Source: Nitrospirota bacterium
GTDB lineage: Bacteria > Nitrospirota > UBA9217
Direction of reading: 5' to 3'
DNA: 64,000 nt
NCBI GenBank assembly: GCA_963845065.1
Contig: CAWJQQ010000009.1
Coordinates: forward strand, 128,001-192,000
Part shown: in pieces, positions 1-10,935 of the stretch
How positions within the stretch are numbered: position 1 is the first letter of the stretch
Layout of the letters: the number at the start of each line of letters is the position of its first letter
Program-made: the position numbers and the translations under genes
The notes under the pieces: generated by a model
Database searches by the model: none
What the model was told of the DNA's origin: nothing
The model's input: only the letters and a program-made list of their open reading frames with translations

Positions 1-2145
1 GGTATCTTGCTCCTCGATCTTCCCCTGGAGCTGCGAGTTTACCGTAATCAGCTCTTCGTTCAACGACTGGAGTTCTTCGCGGGAGGTCTCAAGCTCTTCG
101 TTTGCCGCCTTCAATTCCTCGTTCGAGGACTGGAACTCTTCGTTCATGCTCTTTAACTGCTCAATATGGCTCTGAAGGTCGGCACGCGTTGCTATGAGTT
201 CGTTTTCGAGCTGGTGGATCGCTGTCTCCTCAATCACGGCTGTATCGACTTGCTCGGTTGCCTCTTCCTTTGATGAGACGCCCTTCTCCTGAAAAACTAC
301 GATGTACAGGTTTTCCTGCGCCTTCGTGATCTGGAGTGATATTTGTCTTTTGCAGTTGTCGTCATCGGCCACGCTGGTGCGGATAACTACCGGCCTTTCT
401 TCGCGACCCGACTGGTAAATCGCCCCGCGTATCCTGTTTCTGAGGTTCTCAGGCAAAAGTTCTAGAAGGTTCTGGGTCGGCACGCCTCGTGGCTGACTAA
501 GATACCGTTTCGTGGGGCCGTTGTGATAGATAATCTCGCAATTCTGGTTTATGGCCACGGCAGCGGGCCCATATACTTCAAGCAGTTTTTCCTGGATGAT
601 TTCCATGATAGACCGGGGCTGTTCTGGCGTTTGTGCCTGTTTGGCAGTCGGCACCTGACGTTCCGTTGTGTAAGGGACTGAGATAGACAGTCTTGAAACG
701 TGTTTCGTCTCGAGTTTCTGGTAAATGCGGCATTGTTTGTGACCGATGCTCTTAAATAGTGAGCTCTTTCTGCCCACAGTCTCAGCGTTCCCAAGGAAGA
801 GGTAGCCGCCCTCTTTGAGCGCGTAGTGAAAGAAGGTTATACTTTTTTCCTGGGCCTCGGGTTCCAGGTAGATAAGGAAGTTACGGCAGATGATAAGATC
901 GAGCTTGGAGAACGGGGGGTCGGTCAAAAGGTCCTGCTTGGCGAAGACCACGCATTCCCGGACTTCCTTGTTTATTAAGAGGAAGTTGCCATCATCGGTT
1001 GACGTGAAGTACTTCTGTACATACTCTTGCGGCACGTCCGCGGTAATGCTCGATGGATACTTGCCCTCGCGCGCATGATCCAGCGCTCGGTCGTTGACGT
1101 CCGACGCAAAGACCTGGATATCCTGTTTTTTCCCGGCGGGAGCGAGTTCCCGTAGAAGCATCATGGCTATGGAGTATGCTTCCTCACCCGTGGCACTTGC
1201 AGGGGTCCAGACACGGATGGGAAGGTTAGTGTTTTCAGACGTGATCTTTCGGATTGCCTCCAGGTGCAGGGCCTTCCATGCGGCCTGGTCGCGGAAAAAC
1301 GAGGTGACGCCGATCATGAGGTCGGACGCGAGGTGGGCAGCCTCGGTTTCGCTTGTTGTGATGAGGTCCAGGTAATCTTTGACCGTGGAGAGCCCGTGAA
1401 GGTACATTCGCCTTCTTATCCTTCGGCTAACCACGCTTTTTTTATAATTTTTGAAGCGCGAGCCTGTCTTATCCTGGAGTATACGGAAGAAGGCGTCGAA
1501 CTCTTCCGTAGTAATGAGGTATTCGCGGTTCACAGCAGCTTGGCTGATTCCTTGGAGCTTGAGTAGCTCCGCGGCTATGTCCTCGGGCGAGAGCACGGCA
1601 TCTGCCTGGCCCGTTGCAATGGCGGCGAGCGGCATACTGTTAAATTCTGCGGTCTGTGGATCCTGGATGAATACCATACCGCCCGCAGCGCGGACGGCCT
1701 GGCAACCCCTCGCCCCGTCGGTCCCCGCGCCGGAAAAGATCACGGCGATGGAACGGTCGCCCGCATCTTCTGCAAGGGAAGTGAGAAATTCATCGATCGG
1801 CAGGTGGATGAGCCCTTCGGTATGCTGCGTCGTCTGGAAGAGACCGTTTCGGAGGCGGACCTCCTTGCCCGGTGGGGATAAGTACAGTCTTCCGGGCTGC
1901 GCCTTGAGGCCATCGGATATCTCCTGGATCACGAGAGAGGGCAGTCTGGCGGAAAGCAGTTCCTGGAGAAGGCTCTTGTGTCGCGATGAGAGGTGCTGAA
2001 TAAAGATCAGCGTGAAGTCAAAGTTCTTCGGGAGCACGAAGAGGAACCGCTGGAGCGCGTCAAGACCGCCTGCGGAAGCACCTATGCCGGCGACCGGAAA
2101 GGAAGTGCCTAAGTTCATTTTTGTCAGGGTATTATCCGATTGCAT
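1..2145 (-). CDS. CheB methylesterase-CheR methyltransferase fusion protein with coiled coil (3' end outside window)
   Basis: Absent from the ORF track because there is no stop in the window. Manual translation from ATG 2145 (GGAGG upstream): MQSDNTLTKMNLGTSFPVAGIGASAGGLDALQRF...FIQHL (CheB); IRVWTPASATGEEAYS and DPPFSKLDLIICRNFLIYL (CheR); ...NEELITVNSQLQGKIEEQDT at position 1, same frame. Confidence 0.92.
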   Translation of the reverse strand, partial: MQSDNTLTKMNLGTSFPVAGIGASAGGLDALQRFLFVLPKNFDFTLIFIQHLSSRHKSLLQELLSARLPSLVIQEISDGLKAQPGRLYLSPPGKEVRLRNGLFQTTQHTEGLIHLPIDEFLTSLAEDAGDRSIAVIFSGAGTDGARGCQAVRAAGGMVFIQDPQTAEFNSMPLAAIATGQADAVLSPEDIAAELLKLQGISQAAVNREYLITTEEFDAFFRILQDKTGSRFKNYKKSVVSRRIRRRMYLHGLSTVKDYLDLITTSETEAAHLASDLMIGVTSFFRDQAAWKALHLEAIRKITSENTNLPIRVWTPASATGEEAYSIAMMLLRELAPAGKKQDIQVFASDVNDRALDHAREGKYPSSITADVPQEYVQKYFTSTDDGNFLLINKEVRECVVFAKQDLLTDPPFSKLDLIICRNFLIYLEPEAQEKSITFFHYALKEGGYLFLGNAETVGRKSSLFKSIGHKQCRIYQKLETKHVSRLSISVPYTTERQVPTAKQAQTPEQPRSIMEIIQEKLLEVYGPAAVAINQNCEIIYHNGPTKRYLSQPRGVPTQNLLELLPENLRNRIRGAIYQSGREERPVVIRTSVADDDNCKRQISLQITKAQENLYIVVFQEKGVSSKEEATEQVDTAVIEETAIHQLENELIATRADLQSHIEQLKSMNEEFQSSNEELKAANEELETSREELQSLNEELITVNSQLQGKIEEQDT

Positions 2146-2484
2146 AAAGCCTCCGGAAATGCTTGGCAGTAAGACACAAGTGTTATGAGTTTATCATAGT
2201 GATTGGGGCATGTAAACGGCATTAAGGCTATCGATTTCGATTTATGATTCAGGAGGAAATGTTTATTAAACCTTCAAATGGAATTATTCATTTTCTTGGC
2301 AATTCTAGCAGTCCGGACTGCATCTACAAGGTTCCAACGGCGACTGACAAATACAATATGCAGAATACAACTGCGAACTTAAATGATCGGGTTTAACCGC
2401 TTTGCGGAGTGCAGTGAAACGACAAAAGGAGGGTTCTCTTTACCTTTCAATAACCTTTCTTACAAGAAAGAAACATCATTAGCT

Positions 2485-4383
2485 TTACTTGTCCAGTGTT
2501 TCTCGAATCTTTATCAACAGATCTGCCGGGGAAACTGGCTTAGCGATGAATCCTGCTTCCTCCTCCGGCACACCTTCTTTAATAAAGATATCCTCAGCAT
2601 AACCACTCATAAAGATGCATTTGATACCCGGAACCATGCCTTTGATCTCTTTAAACGCTTCCTTACCGTTCATCTTGGGCATAATTCCGTCAAGAATAAC
2701 AAGTCTAATTTTGTCCTTCTCATCTTTGAACCTCGAAACGGCGTCTGCGCCGTTGACCGCCTCAATTACGGTATAGCCGGCTTCTTTCAAAACGGTTACG
2801 GTCAAATTCCGGATTGCCACATCATCTTCAGCCACAAGGATAGTTTCCGTACCGCCCCGAATGATAGAATCTTGAGTTTTTATCTTATGAACAAGCATAG
2901 CCGAGTGCACTCGAGGAAGATATATTTTCAGGGTCGTACCATTCCCGGGCTCGCTGTACGCGTTGATATACCCACTGTGTTGTTTAACAGTCCCGTATAC
3001 CATCGATAAACCCAGCCCCGTACCCCTGCCTTGCTCCTTCGTGGTATAAAACGGTTCGAAAATCCGTAATCGTGTCTGTTCATCCATACCTATTCCGGTA
3101 TCGGACACCGAGACAAGAGCATATTCACCCACTTCCCCGAAACCATGAGCTTCAATGAACTCCCGGTCCATGTCGACCTTTCTTGTCTCAATTATTAATT
3201 TCCCGCCTTGAGGCATGGCATCCCTGGCGTTCGTTACCAGGTTCATGATCACTTGCTCAATCTGCCCCCTGTCAGCCATGATGGGGAGAACGCCTCCGGT
3301 GCAAGCGGTTTCCAGAGCGATATCTTCCCTGATCAGCCTGTGGATGAACTTCTCAAAATCCTTAATTACCTGATTCAGATCGATTACGGATAGGTTGACG
3401 GCTTGCCTCCTGCTGAAGGCGAGCAAGCTCTGCGTAAGTACGGCAGCCTTGTTGGACGATTCCAGGATCTGTTCTAGATTGAGCCGAACCGGGTCCTTTG
3501 ATGATAATTTCATCAACGCAAGGTGAGAGTAGCCAATGATGGCCGTGAGGATGTTGTTGAAGTCATGTGCCACACCACCGGCAAGAAGCCCGATTGCTTC
3601 TATCTTCTGGGCATGGCGAAGCTGATCTTCCAGTATTTTCCGTTCTGTGATATCAAGAATCATGGCAAAGGAACCGAGAAAGTGATGCTCGGCATCAAAA
3701 ATCGGTGTTGCCGAAACGATGGTTTGTACAATCTGTTTGTCTTTACGGCGCCACCGACGCTCAAAATGTTCCGCATTACCTTGACGCCGATTCTCCGTCT
3801 TCTGTGCGTAGTCGGGCAGGTCCTCTTCAAACATAAAAGATTCCAATTCTCGACCGACCATTTCTTCCGCCTCATATCCCAGCATACCAGCCATTTGTGA
3901 GTTAACAAAGGTGATCTTGTCAATTTCATCCAATACGCAAATCCCCTCGTTGGCCGTGTCGACTATCTGGCGGTACTTCTCCTGGCTCTGCTGTAATGCT
4001 TTCTCCGCCAGTTTGCGCTCGGAGATATCGCGGACAGCACTACAGCAGTATTTTTTGCCTTGAATTTCAACTAATTTAACATGTGTCTCTGTAGAGAAAA
4101 CCGAACCGTCTTTTCGTATATGAGAGGATTCGAAATAAATTTCTCCTTTTTTAAATATCTCGCTTATCCTTTGAGAGAAAAGCTCGGTCTGCTCCGGTAC
4201 TAAAATCTTTGATAACTTCATCCCGAACATTTCTTCCTTTGTGTATCCTCGTGATTCATAAGCCGACTTGTTGGCAAAGATTATGCTGCCATCGAGATCG
4301 TGAATGAAAATCGAATCAGCGGACAGATCTAAAATTATAGATTGTTGTCGCAGAGAGTCGATTGTTAAGATGACAGGCAGCAT
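2485..4383 (-). CDS. PAS-PAS hybrid sensor histidine kinase/response regulator
   Basis: Two PAS/PAC domains, His[15 protein letters not shown]-box [10 protein letters not shown]-boxes DTGIGM/GTGLGL, C-terminal receiver ILVAEDD...LDGIMP. Confidence 0.93.
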   Translation of the reverse strand: MLPVILTIDSLRQQSIILDLSADSIFIHDLDGSIIFANKSAYESRGYTKEEMFGMKLSKILVPEQTELFSQRISEIFKKGEIYFESSHIRKDGSVFSTETHVKLVEIQGKKYCCSAVRDISERKLAEKALQQSQEKYRQIVDTANEGICVLDEIDKITFVNSQMAGMLGYEAEEMVGRELESFMFEEDLPDYAQKTENRRQGNAEHFERRWRRKDKQIVQTIVSATPIFDAEHHFLGSFAMILDITERKILEDQLRHAQKIEAIGLLAGGVAHDFNNILTAIIGYSHLALMKLSSKDPVRLNLEQILESSNKAAVLTQSLLAFSRRQAVNLSVIDLNQVIKDFEKFIHRLIREDIALETACTGGVLPIMADRGQIEQVIMNLVTNARDAMPQGGKLIIETRKVDMDREFIEAHGFGEVGEYALVSVSDTGIGMDEQTRLRIFEPFYTTKEQGRGTGLGLSMVYGTVKQHSGYINAYSEPGNGTTLKIYLPRVHSAMLVHKIKTQDSIIRGGTETILVAEDDVAIRNLTVTVLKEAGYTVIEAVNGADAVSRFKDEKDKIRLVILDGIMPKMNGKEAFKEIKGMVPGIKCIFMSGYAEDIFIKEGVPEEEAGFIAKPVSPADLLIKIRETLDK

Positions 4384-4590
4384 GGAAAGTCCCCTGACAA
4401 ACTAAATATCGAACACAATAATTTAAATACGAATTTTGCCCTAACGATTTTGATAATTGCGAGATGAAACACTGACTTCGCATAAAATCGGCAACCACGG
4501 CACATTTGTGTTCGATAGTGCCAGTTCCGTTAACAGGATATCGTCATAGTTGTCATCGATGATGAGGATTGTTGGTTTGAATGATAATAT
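4384..4590 (-). pseudogene. Decayed N-terminal receiver domain, in frame with the 2485..4383 kinase
   Basis: Translation ILSFKPTILIIDDNYDDILLTELALSNTN...ILCEVSVS...*...*IIVFDI*FVRGLS then MLPVILT. It parallels the neighbouring receiver (VILLVEDRDDDVTLTQLA...ILNEVIVV...IILLDL) but contains three stops. Confidence 0.7.
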
Positions 4591-4635
4591 GACTACGACA
4601 TGCCTGCCCTAGAAACATAGTGAGAGCACTGCTAA

Positions 4636-5121
4636 TCATTTTCTTTCACTTTCCGAAAGCGTAGCTTCTCCTGGGTTACTGCAAACTTCACTAGACGCTT
4701 TGCTAATATCCAACCAGCAAAGTTTAAGCTGTTTCACAGCCTCGACCAGCCCATCAAAATCCACTGTCTTTTGAATGTAACCGTTTACGTCCAGCTGGTA
4801 GCTCTCCACCCGGTCCATATCCTCTTTTGATGAGGTCAGAACAACGACAGGCAGGTGTGTCATTCTATGATCTGCGCGTATGCGGTGCAACACTTCTATC
4901 CCGTCCATTTTGGGCATTCTTAGATCGAGTAGAATGATCTCCGGTTTCTGATTGATATCCCGACCCGAGTACTTCCCGTTGCCAAAAAGATAATCGAGTG
5001 CCTCTACTCCATCTTGCACCACTATTACCTCATTTAGGATATTGTTCTTCTTGATGGCGAGTTGGGTTAGCGTCACATCGTCATCTCTGTCTTCCACTAG
5101 AAGAATGACTTTGTTTTTCAT
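4636..5121 (-). CDS. Single-domain response regulator (Rcp1/CheY-like receiver)
   Basis: MKNKVILLVEDRDDD...IILLDLRMPKMDG...PVVVLTSS; GGAGAA precedes ATG at 5121. Confidence 0.92.
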   Translation of the reverse strand: MKNKVILLVEDRDDDVTLTQLAIKKNNILNEVIVVQDGVEALDYLFGNGKYSGRDINQKPEIILLDLRMPKMDGIEVLHRIRADHRMTHLPVVVLTSSKEDMDRVESYQLDVNGYIQKTVDFDGLVEAVKQLKLCWLDISKASSEVCSNPGEATLSESERK

Positions 5122-5513
5122 GGCTTCTCCCAAACTAGCTCATTTTCCTCATAAATCCTCAGTGCCTTAAAGTTTAAAATCTTACACTCCTACATCAAGA
5201 GAAACTTTAAAAGCCAAAACCCAATATCGTTATGAATCAATACAATTCATATCCTGTTTTAACTATAGCATATTATCATTGCAGTTTATTGCAAAAAATA
5301 TATTTATAGTTACTAAAAAAAATTAATGATATACAATTTTAGTTTGATAAGATCGAATAGGTACTGCCCTGGACAGGATTGTTACTATCTATCATATTGA
5401 AGCTCACAATCAGTTTAAGCGTGAATATAATCCATCTGGCGAGTGGTGATAAGCGAGTGGCCGTGTTGAGCGATAGTCTTCATCTTTCTAGTTTTCACGA
5501 TTATCTTTAGGTT

Positions 5514-8500
5514 TCATCCCAGCGTGAAATAAATGGTCGCCCCTTTGCCCACTTCTCCCTCTGCCCAGACGCTTCCTTTGTGGCGGCGAATGATCCGATC
5601 GACAATCGCAAGACCAATTCCTGTGCCCTCGAACTCTTTTTCAGAGTGGATTCGCTGGAAAGGCAGAAACATCCTCTCGGCAAAGGCGGGATCGAAGCCG
5701 GCGCCATTGTCTTTGACGAAATAAACGGTCTTCGCGTCTTTTTCCGTGGCACCGAACTCGATTCGCGCATTCTCGGTCTTGGAAGTAAATTTCCATGCAT
5801 TATTAAAAAGGCTTGTAAGCGCTATCTTCATGAGGTTGGGATCAACAAAGGCGCGCAGTCCTTCCGCGATAACCACCTCGACGCTCCTCGCAGAAGCGGT
5901 ATCTCGGAAGCTGTTTACGACGGAGGACGCCAGCTTGCTCAGATCATAATCCATACGATCGAGGTCCTGCAGCGAAATGCGTGACAACCGCAGCAGATCG
6001 TCGATGAGCTGGTTCATCCGGTCCGTGCCGTTTTTGATACGGGCAAGATAGTCTTTGCCCTGCGCATCGAGCTTGTCCGGATAATCCTCGTACAGCATTT
6101 TTGAGAATCCTGTTATATGCCGAAGAGGCGCCCGCAAGTCATGCGAGACTGTGTAGGTGAAGGCGTAAAGCTCCTTGTTGACAGCGTCCAGTTCGGAGAC
6201 TTGGTGCTTTAATTGTTCGTTAAGCGCCAATATGTCGAGCTCTGCCTTCTTGCGCTCGGTGATGTCGCGTTCCGTTGTAGCAAATACCTCCACATTCTTA
6301 CCAGCATCGTCCAACAATGATGTTGCGGTCAGCCAGACATCCAATATACGACTATCCTTCGTAATGCGCTGACTCTCATAAGAAGAGACGGTTTCCCCGG
6401 CAGCTAGTCGACGTAACAAATCGGTAGTTTCGGCGATATTATCGGGAGGAGTAATGTCGCGGACGTTCATCCGCAAGGCCTCGCCCTCGCTCCACCCATA
6501 CATATTCTGCGCGCCCCGGTTCCATGTCAGGATTTTACCATCTGGATCAAACAGAAGGACTGCATCATTGGAATCCGTCACGACTGTGGCCAGTCGGCGG
6601 ATCTGCTTCTCAGCCCGCCTCAAGCGCGTTATATCGCTAAACGTAACAATAACGCCGTCAATCTTATTCCTCTGTGTGTGGTATGGCATGACGCGCACCA
6701 GGTAATGCGATCCGTCGTCATGCTGTACTTCCCGCTCGACAACATCTCCCTTGGTCACTACGGTGCGTGCAACGGACAGCAGGTTGAAGTCGGTGAAATT
6801 CATCGACAGGTCGTTGATTGACCGGCCTTTGTCCGAGGGGATCAGCTTCAAGACCTGCGTGGTCGCCGGAGTAAAGAGTTTGATTCGCAGGTCACCGTCC
6901 AGAAAAAGCGTAGCAATCTCCGTGGATTCCAGGAAATTGACAATGTCGCTATTGGCCCTATCCAATTTCTCGACCTTGTCCTGGAGTTGACTGTTTACGG
7001 TGCTCAATTCCTCATTGACCGACTGCAATTCCTCTTTGGAGGTCTCCAGCTCTTCGATCGTAGACTGCAGTTCCTCATTCGTGGATATCACTTCCTCGTT
7101 GGAGACCCGGAATTCTTCATTGGATGCCTGTAACTCCCCGATAGTGTCCTGGAGCTCCTGCCGTGTAGCCCTCAATTCATCTTCGAGCTGCTTCACCGCC
7201 GACTCGCTCTCGCCGCCTTGTATCTGCTCAGTCGCTGGCGTCGAAGGGCGGGGAATATCCTCGAAGATCACGGCAAACAGCTGTCCCGTTTCGCCCCGCT
7301 GCGAACTGGGGGCGATGGTGACGCGAACGAACGGGCTGCCTTCATCCCGTGTGATCGGAACGCTTTCCAGCATGACGGTCTTGCCATCCTGGATCGACTT
7401 GTGCAATGCAGACCGTAGTCTAGTGGAAAGTCCTTCCTTCGCCATGTCCAGCAGGTTCAGATTAGGTTCACCCGTCGGCATGTTGAGATACTTGCCGGTG
7501 CGACCATGGAACTGGAGGATCTGTCCCTTACGGTCAACCAATACGACGACGGCCGCAAAATGATTCAGGATTGCCTGTCGGATTATGTCCGCAAACGCGG
7601 CCACCGGAAGTTTGATCGCTGTTGGTATGGCAGGCGGCAATATTCTCTTCCTTCCTGGCAGAATCGGCGAATCCAGAATGATAGGGCGGGCTGGGGTAAG
7701 ACGGCGAAAAAGCCTCGCTTTTTTCGAGACAATATCGAACAGGTCGTTCAGGTTGCCGATCCCTTCAGATTTACCCAGGAATAGATACCCGCCGGGATTG
7801 AGTGCGAAGCTGAACAGCTGAATGAGTTTGGTCTGCGTGTCGGTATCCAAATAAATCAGCAGATTGCGGCAACTGATGATATCCATCTTGGAAAAGGGTG
7901 GGTCGGTAATCAAGTTTTGAGTGGCGAAGACCACAGACTTGCGAACGGGCTCGATAACCTGGTAGCCCTTATCATTTCGGATAAAGTTCTTCGATAGGCG
8001 TTCCGGCGTCACATCTACAGCAATGCTCTCCGGGTAGATGCCCAGGCGGGCGAATTCCAGTGCTTCCTCATCAATGTCCGTTGCGAATACCTGTACGGGA
8101 CAATTCTTGCGGGCCGCAGCGATTTCCTCAATCAGCAATATAACAAGAGAATACGCCTCCTCGCCGGATGCACAGCCTGTGACCCAGATTCTCAATGGCT
8201 CGCCGGTCTGTGTGGCCGCAACCAGCGGAGCAATTGCCTTCTGACGGAGTTCCTCGAACACATCTGCATCTCGGAAGAACGATGTGACGTTGATGAGCAG
8301 ATCCTTGAACAGCTGGTTTACCTCATCCGTGTCCTTCCGAAGCAAGTCATAATACCGGGCTAGGTCCGAGATTCGGTGCAGACCCATGCGGCGTTCGATG
8401 CGCCTCACGATGGCGCTCTTCTTGTAACATCTAAAATCGCTGCCCTTTTGTGCCAGCACAAGGGACAGAATATCCTGTAGGTCTCCAAGTTTTTCTTCGG

Positions 8501-9227
8501 CCTCAAGAGCAGCCGTCGATTCTCCACCTCTGACATAAGGATGCCGTAGGTAGTTCAGAAGAACTTCGGGCATGCGGTCCGGCGAAAGGACAAAATCCAC
8601 CAGCCCTGTAGCGACTGCGCTGCGAGGCATATCGCTGAATTGGGCGGTCTGAGGGTCCTGAGCGATGGACAGCCCTCCGGAGCCACGGATCGCTCGAACT
8701 CCGAGGGTCCCGTCCGAGCCGGCACCAGAGAGGAGAACGCAGATCGCTCGTTCCTGACGGTCCCCAGCCAAAGAGCGGAAGAAAAAGTCGATAGGCATCC
8801 GAATGCCATCATGGGTGACAGGATCGGTCAAATACAGGACTCCTCCGCGGCTCTGCAGGTACTGATTGGGCGGAATGACGTAGACGCAGTTGGGCTCAAC
8901 CGGTAATGCATCGCGGGCTTGAACGACTCTCATGGGCGTGTGCTGGGCCAGGATTTCCGCCAGCAAGCTCTCATGCGTGGGAGCTAAATGCTGAATAACA
9001 ACGAAGGCAGCCCCGCTGTCAGCGGGCATATTCGTGAAGAAGGTTTTAAAGGCCTCCAGAGAGCCGGCCGACCCACCCATGCCGACCACCGGGATGGCCG
9101 AAGGGCTACTTGCAGGTCCAGCGGCTTCCTTTTCAGGCTCGGTCAGGTTGTGAGACTCATCTCCGGACCGGAGTATACCTGACTGTGGCGACTGTTTAGT
9201 AGACTGCTGTTTAGTCTTTTTTGTCAT
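5514..9227 (-). CDS. CheB-CheR-coiled coil-PAS-PAS-histidine kinase fusion
   Basis: VVGMGGSAGS/IQHL/GSDG (CheB); GCASGEEAYS, DPPFSKMDIISCRNLLIY (CheR); SNEE...NEEL coiled coil; PAS domains; SHDLRAPL HisKA; NAWKF, DNGAGF, GTGIGL HATPase. Confidence 0.94.
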   Translation of the reverse strand: MTKKTKQQSTKQSPQSGILRSGDESHNLTEPEKEAAGPASSPSAIPVVGMGGSAGSLEAFKTFFTNMPADSGAAFVVIQHLAPTHESLLAEILAQHTPMRVVQARDALPVEPNCVYVIPPNQYLQSRGGVLYLTDPVTHDGIRMPIDFFFRSLAGDRQERAICVLLSGAGSDGTLGVRAIRGSGGLSIAQDPQTAQFSDMPRSAVATGLVDFVLSPDRMPEVLLNYLRHPYVRGGESTAALEAEEKLGDLQDILSLVLAQKGSDFRCYKKSAIVRRIERRMGLHRISDLARYYDLLRKDTDEVNQLFKDLLINVTSFFRDADVFEELRQKAIAPLVAATQTGEPLRIWVTGCASGEEAYSLVILLIEEIAAARKNCPVQVFATDIDEEALEFARLGIYPESIAVDVTPERLSKNFIRNDKGYQVIEPVRKSVVFATQNLITDPPFSKMDIISCRNLLIYLDTDTQTKLIQLFSFALNPGGYLFLGKSEGIGNLNDLFDIVSKKARLFRRLTPARPIILDSPILPGRKRILPPAIPTAIKLPVAAFADIIRQAILNHFAAVVVLVDRKGQILQFHGRTGKYLNMPTGEPNLNLLDMAKEGLSTRLRSALHKSIQDGKTVMLESVPITRDEGSPFVRVTIAPSSQRGETGQLFAVIFEDIPRPSTPATEQIQGGESESAVKQLEDELRATRQELQDTIGELQASNEEFRVSNEEVISTNEELQSTIEELETSKEELQSVNEELSTVNSQLQDKVEKLDRANSDIVNFLESTEIATLFLDGDLRIKLFTPATTQVLKLIPSDKGRSINDLSMNFTDFNLLSVARTVVTKGDVVEREVQHDDGSHYLVRVMPYHTQRNKIDGVIVTFSDITRLRRAEKQIRRLATVVTDSNDAVLLFDPDGKILTWNRGAQNMYGWSEGEALRMNVRDITPPDNIAETTDLLRRLAAGETVSSYESQRITKDSRILDVWLTATSLLDDAGKNVEVFATTERDITERKKAELDILALNEQLKHQVSELDAVNKELYAFTYTVSHDLRAPLRHITGFSKMLYEDYPDKLDAQGKDYLARIKNGTDRMNQLIDDLLRLSRISLQDLDRMDYDLSKLASSVVNSFRDTASARSVEVVIAEGLRAFVDPNLMKIALTSLFNNAWKFTSKTENARIEFGATEKDAKTVYFVKDNGAGFDPAFAERMFLPFQRIHSEKEFEGTGIGLAIVDRIIRRHKGSVWAEGEVGKGATIYFTLG

Positions 9228-9470
9228 ATCATCAGTTGATGTGGACAGTGAAAAGGCACCTATCTAATAATAGTATATCTCACCAACATATCAATATAAG
9301 GGAGAGATATAATAAAGCTCTTCGAGACTACATAGACGACTATAAGGTTTCGGTCATCACAGAATAATTGACCTGGCCCAATCATTGTCCAGGTGGAGAG
9401 TTAGAGTTTTGGTTGGATGGCTGCTGGGGCCGTGGGCAGGTCATCCGAGCTGATGCTTTTAACATTTAGA

Positions 9471-9908
9471 TTAATTTTTCACCCACTCGGAAAGGATATG
9501 ACTTAGGATAAAAATACTCGCAAGAACAAACAGAAAAGATATGATTTCAAGAAACAAAAAGGTATTCCAATTATACGAACGAGCGGATTTGCCTGTACTA
9601 TCGGAAAGGGTGAGCTTGCTAGAAGATATTGCTAAACCTCTTGTGCTTTTTTTCATCCAGATTGTGCACCCGCAAAAGTATAGCGGTAAAATGATGAAAA
9701 AAAATAGCGGTAGGCTCAGAAACATGGAAACGGTGATAACTAATGGTATACAAATTAGTAAGAGTCGCTTTATAGTAAGTCGAAACCAGTCTTTTCTATC
9801 ATCGGGAACAATATATCCTTTGCCGAATATCCATAAAGGATAAAATATTGTATTCCCTTTTTCATTAGTTTTAAATGAAGCATTAGTGAGCCCGTCAAGG
9901 AATCCCAT
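9471..9908 (-). CDS. Hypothetical membrane protein (possibly 3'-truncated)
   Basis: MGFLDGLTNASFKTNEKGNTIFYPLWIFGKGYIV... with about 3 hydrophobic segments; AT-rich; start chosen at ATG 9908. Confidence 0.6.
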   Translation of the reverse strand: MGFLDGLTNASFKTNEKGNTIFYPLWIFGKGYIVPDDRKDWFRLTIKRLLLICIPLVITVSMFLSLPLFFFIILPLYFCGCTIWMKKSTRGLAISSSKLTLSDSTGKSARSYNWNTFLFLEIISFLFVLASIFILSHILSEWVKN

Positions 9909-10422
9909 GTTATACCTTATGTTAACGTTGAAAATATTAAGCAGGTCTGACCAATCACGCCAATTGTATAGTTTGTAAAGTAAGGCCAATATGGCCTGCT
10001 ATTTACGAATATATGCCTGATGGACTACGATGTCAACGATTTCGAATGGATTTGTTGTGGCAAAGTAGAAATGATAATCATATAAAGGGCACCTCCGAGC
10101 ATAGCAGAATCGTAAGATTCTGTTATGCTCATAGGAAAAGAGTCCTACTTGTAGCAAAAGTAGAAATGTCCGCTTTTAGGAGGCAACGGGAAGTTGCTGG
10201 TTTGCTCTTCTGAGTCTCTTCCATGGGTGATCTGATGGTTGATACTTTCTCTCAATTAATAACGGTTTTTCTAGTTTCTCTTTTACTGGCCGTATCGTGG
10301 ACTTATACGTTGAGTGTTTGTCCAAATAGACGCTCTGGGGAATGCCGTAGCGCTTGATATACCGATTGCATGAAAAAACATATTGCCAGGAACCGTGGGA
10401 ATGCTGTAGAATTTACCAATCT

Positions 10423-10935
10423 ATGTTTTTAGATACCAAAATAGTGAGAAGATACTTTACTTGGGCGCTGGACACAACCAGGGAATCCCATCTCCGAACT
10501 CTCGGTGACGGTCCCCTCTTTAAGGGTATGAGCGCGAAGCTACTCAGGAAATTGCTTATCGACCTCATCGAAAAAAAATATTCAGCGGGCGATATTATCT
10601 TTCACGAGGGAGACAGCGGAAAGGCAGTCTATGTCGTCCTCGAGGGCTCGATCAAAATAATCAAAGAGTCGAATTTAGAGAGCAAGACACTTTCTGTTCT
10701 GGGGCCAGGCTCCCATTTTGGTGAGCTAGCCCTCATCGGCAACACTTCCCGCTTTGCGACTGCTGTTGCTGAAAAGGATTCGCTCCTTTTGATCATGTAT
10801 AAGTCATACTTTGACGATCTTATTCGGTGCAATAGTGCAACCTCCGCGAGAATGCTTCTGAATCTCACCGAGATTTTGTCGAACTACATCCACCATTACC
10901 AGCCGGAATGCAACGATGAAAAGATATTGCCATGA
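10423..10935 (+). CDS. Stand-alone cyclic nucleotide-binding domain protein
   Basis: IIFHEGDSGKAVYVVLEGSIKI...GSHFGELALIGNTSRFATAVA (cNMP phosphate-binding cassette); no C-terminal HTH; start uncertain. Confidence 0.85.
   Translation: MFLDTKIVRRYFTWALDTTRESHLRTLGDGPLFKGMSAKLLRKLLIDLIEKKYSAGDIIFHEGDSGKAVYVVLEGSIKIIKESNLESKTLSVLGPGSHFGELALIGNTSRFATAVAEKDSLLLIMYKSYFDDLIRCNSATSARMLLNLTEILSNYIHHYQPECNDEKILP

Noticed and set aside
4407..4517. 12-bp inverted repeat TATCGAACACAA/TTGTGTTCGATA as an invertible switch controlling the receiver remnant
   Set aside because: Inverting the interior gives an immediate stop, and the present orientation already resembles the paralogous receiver (ILCEVSV versus ILNEVIV).
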